Source of the DNA: a virus
Taxonomy: Duplodnaviria > Caudoviricetes
Reading direction: 5' to 3' (one strand)
IMG/VR virus record: IMGVR_UViG_3300011339_000038
Span: 1-26,088 of that record
DNA: 26,088 nucleotides
The stretch's first letter is position 1, and each line of letters opens with the position of its first letter. Both the position numbers and the translations under genes were made by a program. Under the pieces are notes generated by a model. The model saw only the letters and a list, made by a program, of their open reading frames with translations, made no database searches and was not told the origin of the DNA. Shown here piece after piece: positions 1 to 9,440 of the stretch.

Positions 1-2
1 GT

Positions 3-1388
3 CTGGCAGCTGACTTTCTCTACGCCATTAAGCAACGCCTTACACATCCTATGTATGAAGACTTACAAAGTGCGTACGCTGCTGGCGTAGGGTTTAACTC
101 TAAGACAGCCTCGTGGCAGGCTACCCGTGTCACCTTCGGTGATGAGCTACGTGAGTCCAGCGAAAAGGACCCAAACATCGAAGCCGTCGGTATCGGCGGT
201 CAGATCTACGGTAAGCGTGCAGATATGATTATCGTAGATGATGCGGTGACTCTTTCTAACGCTAATGACTTTGAGCGTCAGATCAAGTGGTTAACCCAGG
301 ACGTACGTTCTCGCCTTAACCCAACAGGTAAGCTGATTATTATTGGAACTCGTGTAGCAAGCGTTGACTTGTACCGCGAGCTTCGCTCAGAGGATAGATA
401 CCCAGGTGGCCTTGTCCCTTGGACTTATCTTGCAATGCCAGCCCTTCTTGAGACAGATGAAGACCCTGACAACTGGGTAACTCTCTGGCCTAAGTCAGAT
501 GCTCCATTTGATGGACAAGAAGAAGCTGATAAAGACGAAGACGGTCTATACCCACGCTGGTCAGGACGTAACCTTTACAACGAACGCCAAGCGATGGATA
601 CATCCACTTGGGCGCTAGTCTATCAACAGCAAGATGTATCGGAAAACTCAGCCTTTGACCCGGTCTGTGTACGCGGCTCCATTGATGGAATGCGTAAGGC
701 AGGTCCACTAGTAGCAGGTAACCCTGGTCATCCACGTGACTTAGGTGGCTACTCGATTATCTGTGGGCTAGATCCTGCGATGATTGGTGATACTGCAGCT
801 ATTTGTTATGCAGTAGACCGCAATAGCAACAAGAGGTACATAGTAGATGCTATTAAAATTACTAGACCGTCTCCTGCCGATATTCGTGACCTTATATTTA
901 ATTGGACTTCCCTATACGGCCCGTCTGAGTGGATTGTTGAACGTAATGCGTTCCAGTCTTTCCTCACCCAAGATGAAGGAATCAGACAACACTTGGCATC
1001 ACGCGGAGTGTTATTGCGGGAACACCATACAGGCAACAACAAGTGGGATGCAGGCTTTGGTGTCGCGTCAATGTCAACTCTGTTCGGCACCAAGCAACAC
1101 GACGGCAAGCACCACAGAGACAACCTTATTCACTTACCTAGTGACCAAACTGAAAACGTCAAGGCGTTAATCGAACAGTTAATCACTTGGACACCTACTA
1201 CTAAGGGCAAGACAGACTTAGTAATGGCGCTTTGGTTCTGCGAGATCCGAGCACGTGAGATGCTCAACTACGGTCAGTACAACTCACACCATCTAAAGAA
1301 TCCGTTTCTTACATCGGCTGAGAAACGAAAGCGTGTAGTGGTCAACATTGACCAGTTAATCGCAGACCAGCACAAGACATTCATCTAA
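3..1388 (+). CDS. terL: Terminase large subunit (5'-truncated by window edge)
   Basis: Frame is open from position 3 (LAADFLYAIKQRLTHPM...), so the gene starts upstream of the window. Walker B-like GKRADMIIVDD, coupling motif IIIGTR, RNase H-type nuclease motifs GLDPA, IVERNAFQ and DLVMALW. Lies upstream of the portal. Confidence 0.93.
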   Translation: MAADFLYAIKQRLTHPMYEDLQSAYAAGVGFNSKTASWQATRVTFGDELRESSEKDPNIEAVGIGGQIYGKRADMIIVDDAVTLSNANDFERQIKWLTQDVRSRLNPTGKLIIIGTRVASVDLYRELRSEDRYPGGLVPWTYLAMPALLETDEDPDNWVTLWPKSDAPFDGQEEADKDEDGLYPRWSGRNLYNERQAMDTSTWALVYQQQDVSENSAFDPVCVRGSIDGMRKAGPLVAGNPGHPRDLGGYSIICGLDPAMIGDTAAICYAVDRNSNKRYIVDAIKITRPSPADIRDLIFNWTSLYGPSEWIVERNAFQSFLTQDEGIRQHLASRGVLLREHHTGNNKWDAGFGVASMSTLFGTKQHDGKHHRDNLIHLPSDQTENVKALIEQLITWTPTTKGKTDLVMALWFCEIRAREMLNYGQYNSHHLKNPFLTSAEKRKRVVVNIDQLIADQHKTFI

Positions 1389-1398
1389 GGAGAAACAA

Positions 1399-1554
1399 AT
1401 GGCAGTAGCAAAGAAGACAACACCTAAGCCAAAGGTAACGAAGAAGCCTACAACTCCTACGATGCCTAAGAAGCCAAAGCCAGCAGTTGGTGCAGATATT
1501 GCAGCCAAGAAGAAGTACGGCCCAAACTCGCACAACAATGGATACACAAACTAA
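1399..1554 (+). CDS. Small Lys/Pro-rich basic protein (51 aa), not in ORF track
   Basis: TAAGGAG RBS overlapping the terL stop, ATG at 1399, MAVAKKTTPKPKVTKKPTTPTMPKKPKPAVGADIAAKKKYGPNSHNNGYTN, TAA ending 1554; fills the terL-portal gap. Confidence 0.8.
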   Translation: MAVAKKTTPKPKVTKKPTTPTMPKKPKPAVGADIAAKKKYGPNSHNNGYTN

Positions 1555-1568
1555 TTTAAGGACCCCAA

Positions 1569-3317
1569 GTGCTAACACCAAAAGAAGTTAACGATAAGTT
1601 AGGTCGCTTGCAGACCAAATTCGCTGCACGCGATCAGCGTATGCGTGATGTGCTTTCGGTGCGTCAAGGAGATCTATCTAAGGTCTACCCTTCGATGTTC
1701 TCAGAAGATTATCCAAAGCCACTCGTAGCTAACTTCATTGACGTTGCAGCACGAGATCTAGCAGAAGCAATGGCACCACTGCCATCATTTAACTGCCAAG
1801 CTACAAATATGGTTTCAGACTCTGCACGCAAGATGGCAGATATGCGTACACGCATTGCAAACTTTTATGTCTCAGTTGCTGAAATGCAACTACAGATGTA
1901 CTCAGGTGCAGACTGGTACAACACCTACGGAATGATGGTAGGTATGGTGGAGATGGATTACGACACCAACAATCCACGTATGCGCCTGTTGAACCCTTGG
2001 GGTTGCTACCCAGAGATTGACCGCTTTGGTCGTGTAGTTTCTATGACTCAGGTTCTTAACACTGATGCTGAAACATTAGTATCTAAGTACCCAGAGTTTG
2101 CAGATCAGATTCTCAAGAAGAACAACTACCAAATGGGTAGCCCATCAATTACGATGGTGCGATACCACGATGCTGAGCAAGACCTTATCTTCTTGCCAGA
2201 GCGTCAGAACCTAACACTTGTACGTACACCAAACCCAATCGGTAAGTGTCTTGTACGTGTAGCACAGCGACCTTCTCTTGACGGCGAAGCACGTGGTCAG
2301 TATGACGATGTCTTGGCAGTCCAACTCGCTCGTGCTCGCTTTGCAATCCTTCAGATTCAAGCTGCAGAAAAATCTATCCAAGCACCTATTGCTATCCCAC
2401 AAGATGTGCAAGAACTTGCTCTTGGCCCAGATTCAATTATGCGTTCTTCTCAGCCACAAAACATCCGTCGTGTAGGCTTAGATCTACCACCAGGAATCTT
2501 TACAGAGTCAGGAGTGCTAGAACGTGAACTACGGCTTGGCGCTCGTTACCCTGAAACCAGATCCGGAAATACCAGTGCAAGTGTTATTACTGGTCGTGGC
2601 GTTCAAGAGTTGCAAGCTGGTTTTGATACTCAAATCAAATCAGCACAATCACAATTTGCTCGAATGTTCGCTGATCTTATTGGACTCTGCTTTGAAGTAG
2701 ATGAAAAACTATTCACCAATGTACAAAAGACAATTAAGGGTTCTGAAGATGGAACACCTTATGTACTCAAGTACACACCTGGTCGTGACATTAAGGGCGA
2801 GTATGGCGTAGATGTTCGCTACGGCATTATGTCTGGTATGGATCCATCACGTGCAATCATTGCATTGCTACAGATGCGTTCAGACAAGTTGGTTTCACGC
2901 GACTACGTTCGTCGTGAAATCCCAATGGACCTTAACGTAACGCAGGAGGAACAACGTGTTGATATTGAAGAAATGCGTGATGCTCTTCGTGTCTCAGTGG
3001 CTCAATACGCGCAGGCTATCCCGGCGCTTGCGGCGCAAGGACAAGACCCATCACTTATTGTCACTCGCATTGCAGAAGTTATTAAGGGTCGTCAAAAGGG
3101 ATTGTCGCTAGAGTCAATCGTAGAAAAAGCATTTGCACCAGAACCACCACCAGAGATGCCAATGGCTCCAGGTGGACCCGAACTTCCAGCAGCAGGTGCG
3201 GCCCCCGCTCCTGCCTCGCAGCAACCTCCACAAGAACAAGCTGGTCAGGCCCCTGCTGCTGGTCAAAAACCCGATATAGCACAACTACTCGCCGGAATAA
3301 CCGGCGGTGCAGCGTAA
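1569..3317 (+). CDS. Portal (head-tail connector) protein
   Basis: 582 aa, GTG start after TAAGGA, positioned after terL. Size, N-terminal VANFIDVAARDLAE helix and Pro/Gln/Ala-rich C-terminal tail are typical of podovirus portals. Confidence 0.85.
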   Translation: MLTPKEVNDKLGRLQTKFAARDQRMRDVLSVRQGDLSKVYPSMFSEDYPKPLVANFIDVAARDLAEAMAPLPSFNCQATNMVSDSARKMADMRTRIANFYVSVAEMQLQMYSGADWYNTYGMMVGMVEMDYDTNNPRMRLLNPWGCYPEIDRFGRVVSMTQVLNTDAETLVSKYPEFADQILKKNNYQMGSPSITMVRYHDAEQDLIFLPERQNLTLVRTPNPIGKCLVRVAQRPSLDGEARGQYDDVLAVQLARARFAILQIQAAEKSIQAPIAIPQDVQELALGPDSIMRSSQPQNIRRVGLDLPPGIFTESGVLERELRLGARYPETRSGNTSASVITGRGVQELQAGFDTQIKSAQSQFARMFADLIGLCFEVDEKLFTNVQKTIKGSEDGTPYVLKYTPGRDIKGEYGVDVRYGIMSGMDPSRAIIALLQMRSDKLVSRDYVRREIPMDLNVTQEEQRVDIEEMRDALRVSVAQYAQAIPALAAQGQDPSLIVTRIAEVIKGRQKGLSLESIVEKAFAPEPPPEMPMAPGGPELPAAGAAPAPASQQPPQEQAGQAPAAGQKPDIAQLLAGITGGAA

Positions 3318-3334
3318 CCGAAGGAGGTGCAAAT

Positions 3335-3463
3335 ATGAATAAGGGAACACACGCTCCAGCTCCAGTACAACCAATTAAGGTTGATACAAAGGCAGGATCA
3401 GTCAAAGGCGGTAAAGTTGACTTCGGTTATGCCGGAACAGCTCGCAAGGGTAAGAAGGCTTAA
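3335..3463 (+). CDS. Small basic protein (42 aa), not in ORF track
   Basis: Perfect AAGGAGGT RBS at about 3321-3328, ATG 3335, MNKGTHAPAPVQPIKVDTKAGSVKGGKVDFGYAGTARKGKKA, TAA ending 3463. Confidence 0.8.
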   Translation: MNKGTHAPAPVQPIKVDTKAGSVKGGKVDFGYAGTARKGKKA

Positions 3464-3475
3464 TTACTACTGAAA

Positions 3476-3525
3476 GGTGTACAGGGTGTTGAACGATAAC
3501 GATAGGATTCCACGCCCTGTACGCC
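3476..3525 (+). promoter_or_regulatory. Stable RNA hairpin over the translation start of the next ORF
   Basis: GGTGTACAGGGTGT (3476-3489) pairs with ACGCCCTGTACGCC (3512-3525): 14 bp with two G-U pairs, plus an inner GAA/TTC. No long U-tract follows. Confidence 0.55.
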
Positions 3526-3701
3526 GGACAGACTTTCTAGTAATTATCATTGGGTTTTTCTACAACCTAACACAAATAATAGAAACATTTATGTCGGAAG
3601 TTTATGAACTTTCAATTTACCACGCCAATCATAAAACCAAAGTCAGTAAGGCTTGGGAAGATATGGCACAAGATTTAGAGACGTTAGAGGAGGACAAATG
3701 A
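3486..3701 (+). CDS. Hypothetical protein with one hydrophobic segment (start uncertain: GTG 3477, GTG 3486 or TTG 3489)
   Basis: GAAAGG at 3472-3477 fits GTG 3486; hydrophobic stretch FLVIIIGFFYNLTQII; stop overlaps the next start (ATGA at 3698-3701). Confidence 0.55.
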   Translation: MLNDNDRIPRPVRRTDFLVIIIGFFYNLTQIIETFMSEVYELSIYHANHKTKVSKAWEDMAQDLETLEEDK

Positions 3702-4108
3702 CAACTGCACCAATGAACCCAAAAGCAGGTGTATCAGGTCCAGGTAAGTTTTCAGTACGTACAGATAAATTAAATATGGGTTCTACAGGTTACGGTGAAG
3801 GCGTTGAGACAGCTGCAATTAAGTCTGGTGCTCCGCTTGGTACTACACCTGATGTAAAGGGACAAGCACCATCTAAGTTCCGTGAAGAATTAAACGCTGC
3901 GCCAGTAACAGAACTATTTGCAGAAACTACTCGCCCAAGCGAGCCAGTAACAGCAGGTATTGATATGGGTCCTGGTGCTCCAGCAAAAGCACTAATGATG
4001 CAAAAAGCAATTACAAAGACTTCAGATACGCTAGCAAAGATGTTGCCATTTGACACAGACGGTTCTATTGCCATCTTGTATCAGCAGGCTGTTGCGCGAG
4101 GTGACTAA
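3698..4108 (+). CDS. Hypothetical virion-associated protein (136 aa; start revised from 3653)
   Basis: AGGAGG RBS then ATG at 3698 (MTTAPMNPKAGVSGPGKFS...); Gly/Pro/Ala-rich; abuts the next gene. Confidence 0.75.
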   Translation: MTTAPMNPKAGVSGPGKFSVRTDKLNMGSTGYGEGVETAAIKSGAPLGTTPDVKGQAPSKFREELNAAPVTELFAETTRPSEPVTAGIDMGPGAPAKALMMQKAITKTSDTLAKMLPFDTDGSIAILYQQAVARGD

Positions 4109-7100
4109 TTGGCTGACTTCAAAGCTGCCGCTGCCGCTGCAGGATTAACACCTACAGAACAAAAGGAAATGGAAGCGTTAAGTAAGACGCTATTTGTACA
4201 CCGTGAACTTTCTAACCTGCCACAAAAGACTGCACAGCAGGCTTATGCCTCAAAGTCTCCTGAACAACAGGCTGCTCTTAAGCGTGTAGCAGGAGAAGAA
4301 GATCCAGTAACTAAGCCACAGCGTGGCTGGTTGGGTACTGCTTGGCACTACACAGGTGGTGCTTTGTTAGCAGGTCTAACTGAAGTTTCAGATCTTACAA
4401 CTCGTGCTTATCGTACCGGTGCTATTGCACTGATGGAAGGCAAGAATTTAGGCGATGCTTGGACTACTGCTAACGATAAAGGTGACAAGGTATTTAACCC
4501 AGGTCGCATTCAAGATGCTACTTCTAAGTTTGGCGTAGACCGCGTACAGGTTGCAATGAGAGTTGCAGCCGGTGAGAAGTTAAGCGACATTGCTTCATCT
4601 GGTACAGATGCTCAAAAGCAGATTGCAGCCCTTGCTGCACAGAACAAAGATGATTTATTTCAGGATGCACTAGATGCAGCACAAGCTGCTAAGTACTCTC
4701 CTGGTCGTCAGATTGCAAACCTGATTACACCAGAATCTGTAGAGGGTTCAGGCTTTTTCTATCGCGCAGTATCTGGTGCATTTGATGCGGCATACCGCGT
4801 CCTTGCAGATCCACTACTTGTAGCTGGTAAAGCAAAGCGAGCAGTAGACATCTCTCGTTACTCACTCGATGTAGTAATCGGTGGCAATAAAGTAGATGAA
4901 GTATTTGCACGACCACAGGTTTCACAGTTTTGGAACCAGTACGGCGCAGACCTTAAAGCCTACAAGAAGGCTATCGACGAAGGTGCAACAAAGGATGCAG
5001 TTGCTATCAAGCAGCGTCTGACAACACTTGCACCTGAGTTTGGTGATCCAGTAATCAAGTCTTTTATTAACACAGCAGATGACGCTGTCCCTATCACAGA
5101 TGCTCTCAGCGCTAAGGCTTTCTTTGAGAACGCTAAGCAAGTAGAAGAGATGATGAAGGGCCAGATTGGTCGCAAGCGTGTGATGGTTCCACGCTTAGAT
5201 GCAGCCCGTAAAGCTCGCGTAACTACAGTTACTACAGCCAACAAAGTATTTAACCTAGATAAGATTGGTCCTCGATTTGTAGATGACCTTTATTTCGGTG
5301 GTGCATCAACTGATGACGGTATTGCAAAGGCAGTCATTGATGGTCAGGAAACTATCGTCAATACAGTTAAGGGCAACCGCAACGCTAAGGGAACAGCACG
5401 CTTTTCTATGGCGCAGGTTCAGTATCGCATTGACCGCTTCAAGGCTAAGTTTACACAAGTACCTATGTTTGAAGATGACCTATTTGACGTTACCTCTAAA
5501 GAGGGTGCGTCTCAGGTTTATCGTTATGCACGCCTAGTTCTTCCTAAGAATGAATCACGTCTTATCGCACAAGCATTTGATAATGCTGAAGTAGGACGCA
5601 AGAAGGAAATCTTTTACGGCTTACAATCAACTATCGCTGATATTCGCGGGTTGAACGTAACCAAAGAAGGTAAAGTAATTGCTGACCAGCTTAAGAGTTC
5701 ACCTAAGCGTGAGTTTGCTATTACAGATCGCACTGGATACAACCCAGCTGCATTGCCAGATGGCGAGCAGATCGGTCTTATCTTATCTGATAACTCAGAT
5801 TTCCTAACAACTCTTAGCGTCCGTGACATTGACCGCGCAGCATCACGTTCAGGTATCATCCAGAACATCGCAGGACTTGCACACTCTAACTGGGTAGAGA
5901 AGATGACTACAGGTTGGTCTTTCTTAACTCTTGCCGGTCCTCGTTATGCAATTCGTAACGCAACAGAAGACTTAATGGTTCACCTTGCAATCGGTGAGTC
6001 ACCATTTGGCTTACTCAAGGCACGTGGTCTATCAACTCGCTTGCGTACAGCACGTCAAGTTGAAGAAGGCCTAACCAAGTTAGGCAAAACAGCACAAGAT
6101 CCACTAGGTGGAGTGATTCGTTTTGTTAATAACAAAGAGGCAAAGCATTACACACAGGCTATTCAAGAAGCAGACGGCGATGTAACAAAGATTCGCCTAA
6201 TTACTGCACAGGCTTTGAATGAGGGTAAGCTCAATCGCTTCTATGACCAAACAGGTTTGGGTAAGTTTACTGCTGATGACCGTAAGTTCTTGGAAGAGCA
6301 GATTCTATACGGTGACCTAGACAATGCCCTTATGGATGTTGTTGAAGGCGGTAAGAACTCATTTACTGGCGTTGATACCTTCACACGTACAGTTAACTTT
6401 GCACGTAAGAACAATGTTCGTACAGCAGAACTAGGTTACAACCTACCTAAAGGTAAGTTTGCACGTGCTAAAGGCGCTAAAGCCTATACAACTATGGCAC
6501 CGCTTGCTAACGAAGCAACTCAGGTTGCTTGGGCAATGCGTATTGGGTACTACGCAAACGATAAACTCGGTGGTATCGCAGTAGCAAACCTTTCTGATAA
6601 CGCAGATGAAGCACAGATTGCTATTGGAAAGATAACTGCTTGGCTCAATGACCCACAAAATGCTAAGCAAGTTGCAGCATTTCGTATGGGAGAGCGTGGC
6701 ATCAGCAATGAAGAGCACGCTAAGCGTGTCTATGATGCAGCAAAACAACTATTTGTAAAGAAAGATGGCAAGATCAATCAGGACTTGCTATCTAAGGTAC
6801 GTACATTTGATGAAGAAACAGGCGCTTACCGCATTACCGGTAAGTTAGGTCTTGATGATCTGCCAAAGAACATCGATGATGTTCCAGATTACATCGTTGG
6901 ACCACAGTTAGTACCCGTATCTGATACAGGTAACTACACCACATCCATTATGGAGTGGGGTTGGGACTGGTTAGGTGAGGCTAACGCCCGTCTATCACGT
7001 GAACCTATGGTTCTATCCGAGATGATTAAGTTGCGTAAGCAGTTTGATGACTCTGGATTTGATAAGGCATTCATCGCTTCATACCAAAAGGGTATTACAG

Positions 7101-8782
7101 ACCCAGCAGCACTTGCTAAAGCAGAGTTTAATGCACGTGTAAAGCTAGCAGAGATCGTAGAAGACCGAGCACGCCTGCAGACATTGGCATATGTTGATAA
7201 CCCTGCAGTGCAAAGCCAGATGGCTTTCTCAATTCGTAACTTTGCACGCTTCTATCGTGCTACTGAAGACTTCTATCGCCGTATGTACCGCGTTGTGCGC
7301 TACAACCCAGAGGCTATTGTCAAGGCAAGCCTTACTTATGAGGGTGTAACCCACTCAGGTTGGGTACAACAGGACGATCAGGGCGAGCCATACTTCATCT
7401 ATCCTGGTACGCAGTATGTTTACAAGGCAGTTCAGGCTGCAATGCAAGCATTAGGTGTACCTGCTGAGTTTAAGACACCATTCCCTGTGGAATTTGGTGC
7501 AAAACTCAAGATGATTACACCATCTTTGAACCCAGAGTCAGCAGTTCCAACTCTTGCTGGTCCACTATCTGGTTTCTCAATCAAGGTTGCATCTAACCTT
7601 GTAGGTATCTTCAGCCCAGGTGCAGCAGATCGCATTACAACTACACTTTTAGGTAAGTATGCAGAAGACCAACCAATGGTTTCATCATTCTTACCAGCAC
7701 ACGTTAACCGTATCTATTCAGCAATGAACCAAGATGAGCGTGATGGTCAGTACGCATCAGCTATGCGTAAGGCTATGACATATCTTGAATCAGGTGGACA
7801 CGGACTTGTACAGAAGTACGATGAAAACAATGTGCCTATCCCATTCAGCGCAGCTGAACTAGAGGATTACCGCGTCCGTCTAAAGAACACCACACTAGGT
7901 ATCCTAGGTATGCGTGTTGTTTACGGCTTTACTGCACCTGCTACAGCGCAGGTGCAACTTAAGTCTGAGATGGCTGACTGGGTACGCGACAATGGTGAAG
8001 CATCATTCAAGCAAACCTGGTACGGATTGCTAGATAAGTACGGCGATTACGACACAGCGATGACCGAATGGGTCAAGCGCTATCCAGATCAGATGCCGTT
8101 TACTGTCTCTGAATCAGAGCGTTCAACTGTTGCATACTTCCGTTATGCAAAGGAATCAGGCGACTTTGTTGACAACAACGAGTCACTATTCAAAGAGTAT
8201 CCACAGGGTGCAGCGTTCCTAATCCCTCACAAGGCTGGATACTCTTGGGATGCGTACAAGACTATGACAGATATGGGTCTTCGTAACAATAAGACAGTTG
8301 CTGACTTTATGCGTGAAGTACAGACTGCAGCAGATATGCAGACTTACTACGAAAAGAAGAACACATACGAGGAAAACCTCAAGTCTGTAGGTACAGATTT
8401 CGAGCGTTCACAACTTCGTAAGGAGTTCCAGGACTGGTCAACAGTATTCAAGGCAGGCCGTCCACTTGTGCAGGAAGAACTAGCACAGGGTGGCAAGAAG
8501 GCTATTGAGCGTATGAAGGCACTTAACGACTTGCAGAAGATGCTTGACGAGAAGGCTGCATACAAGGCATCACCTGAAACAGCAAACAAGTTGCGTAAGA
8601 TGATGGACCTTTACAACTCATACAAAGCAACAAAGGATCAGTTTGAAGGCATTGGCGGTAGCCAGTTCCTTGTCAATATGAACAAAGAAGAAACCATTAT
8701 CAAGATGCGTGAACTTTCACAGTTCAATGAGAACACACAGAGTGCATATAACGTGCTCTTTGGTAGATTGTTAGGAGACTAA
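4109..8782 (+). CDS. Large (1557 aa) putative internal virion / DNA ejection protein
   Basis: TTG start directly after the previous TAA with GAGGTG upstream. Ala-rich, predominantly helical composition, no recognisable enzyme motif. Size is comparable to podovirus ejection proteins. Function is inferred. Confidence 0.6.
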   Translation: MADFKAAAAAAGLTPTEQKEMEALSKTLFVHRELSNLPQKTAQQAYASKSPEQQAALKRVAGEEDPVTKPQRGWLGTAWHYTGGALLAGLTEVSDLTTRAYRTGAIALMEGKNLGDAWTTANDKGDKVFNPGRIQDATSKFGVDRVQVAMRVAAGEKLSDIASSGTDAQKQIAALAAQNKDDLFQDALDAAQAAKYSPGRQIANLITPESVEGSGFFYRAVSGAFDAAYRVLADPLLVAGKAKRAVDISRYSLDVVIGGNKVDEVFARPQVSQFWNQYGADLKAYKKAIDEGATKDAVAIKQRLTTLAPEFGDPVIKSFINTADDAVPITDALSAKAFFENAKQVEEMMKGQIGRKRVMVPRLDAARKARVTTVTTANKVFNLDKIGPRFVDDLYFGGASTDDGIAKAVIDGQETIVNTVKGNRNAKGTARFSMAQVQYRIDRFKAKFTQVPMFEDDLFDVTSKEGASQVYRYARLVLPKNESRLIAQAFDNAEVGRKKEIFYGLQSTIADIRGLNVTKEGKVIADQLKSSPKREFAITDRTGYNPAALPDGEQIGLILSDNSDFLTTLSVRDIDRAASRSGIIQNIAGLAHSNWVEKMTTGWSFLTLAGPRYAIRNATEDLMVHLAIGESPFGLLKARGLSTRLRTARQVEEGLTKLGKTAQDPLGGVIRFVNNKEAKHYTQAIQEADGDVTKIRLITAQALNEGKLNRFYDQTGLGKFTADDRKFLEEQILYGDLDNALMDVVEGGKNSFTGVDTFTRTVNFARKNNVRTAELGYNLPKGKFARAKGAKAYTTMAPLANEATQVAWAMRIGYYANDKLGGIAVANLSDNADEAQIAIGKITAWLNDPQNAKQVAAFRMGERGISNEEHAKRVYDAAKQLFVKKDGKINQDLLSKVRTFDEETGAYRITGKLGLDDLPKNIDDVPDYIVGPQLVPVSDTGNYTTSIMEWGWDWLGEANARLSREPMVLSEMIKLRKQFDDSGFDKAFIASYQKGITDPAALAKAEFNARVKLAEIVEDRARLQTLAYVDNPAVQSQMAFSIRNFARFYRATEDFYRRMYRVVRYNPEAIVKASLTYEGVTHSGWVQQDDQGEPYFIYPGTQYVYKAVQAAMQALGVPAEFKTPFPVEFGAKLKMITPSLNPESAVPTLAGPLSGFSIKVASNLVGIFSPGAADRITTTLLGKYAEDQPMVSSFLPAHVNRIYSAMNQDERDGQYASAMRKAMTYLESGGHGLVQKYDENNVPIPFSAAELEDYRVRLKNTTLGILGMRVVYGFTAPATAQVQLKSEMADWVRDNGEASFKQTWYGLLDKYGDYDTAMTEWVKRYPDQMPFTVSESERSTVAYFRYAKESGDFVDNNESLFKEYPQGAAFLIPHKAGYSWDAYKTMTDMGLRNNKTVADFMREVQTAADMQTYYEKKNTYEENLKSVGTDFERSQLRKEFQDWSTVFKAGRPLVQEELAQGGKKAIERMKALNDLQKMLDEKAAYKASPETANKLRKMMDLYNSYKATKDQFEGIGGSQFLVNMNKEETIIKMRELSQFNENTQSAYNVLFGRLLGD

Positions 8783-8783
8783 A

Positions 8784-9440
8784 TTGGTAGCAAAGACACC
8801 GGATCAGGCACGTGCCTCTGCAACTCCAATGCCAGTTGGCACTTCTGCATCTGCCGATACAACAGGTTCTCAATCTGATTTAACACAGTTTCTATCAGTA
8901 ATTGCTAAAAGCCCTACACTTATTACAGGTTATTCAAAGCTGCTTAAGTCAGCTAAATACTACAATGGCAAGATTACTGACAAATACACACCTGCTTTGC
9001 AGAAGGCATTTATTAAAGCCGAAGAAGATCGTCTCTCTATTAGCGCAGTGCGTCCTATTGGACGCGATGAGTTCCTACAGGAAACAATCTCACTCGGTGG
9101 CACAGGTGCAGATACTGGTCCAACCACAGTTACTAGCGTCACTAAGTATAAGCCAGAGGCTGCACAGCAATTAGTTGACTCAATCATCAAAGACACTCTA
9201 GGTCGCAAGGCTACCGCTGCTGAAATCAAGAAGTACTCAGCAATGCTTAAGGGTATTGAGGGCAAGGCTGCAAGCACAACAACTTATGGCAAGGGTGCTA
9301 ATCAAACACAGACAACTATGGCTGGCCTAAACGAGAAACAGTATTTAGTAGATCAGATATCAGGCACAGATGAAGGCAAGGCCAACAAGGTCCTTGGCTT
9401 TTATGAGACATTTATGAACGCATTGGGTGGTGGTCGATAA
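8784..9440 (+). CDS. Putative internal virion protein (218 aa)
   Basis: TTG start after AGGAG; TAATG-coupled to the next gene; lies within the structural block. Function is inferred from context. Confidence 0.55.
   Translation: MVAKTPDQARASATPMPVGTSASADTTGSQSDLTQFLSVIAKSPTLITGYSKLLKSAKYYNGKITDKYTPALQKAFIKAEEDRLSISAVRPIGRDEFLQETISLGGTGADTGPTTVTSVTKYKPEAAQQLVDSIIKDTLGRKATAAEIKKYSAMLKGIEGKAASTTTYGKGANQTQTTMAGLNEKQYLVDQISGTDEGKANKVLGFYETFMNALGGGR

Noticed and set aside
4109-8782. Tape measure protein or virion RNA polymerase call for the 1557-aa ORF
   Set aside because: No tail tube or tail-assembly chaperone genes adjoin it, no regular TMP repeat pattern is evident, and no polymerase catalytic motif was recognised.
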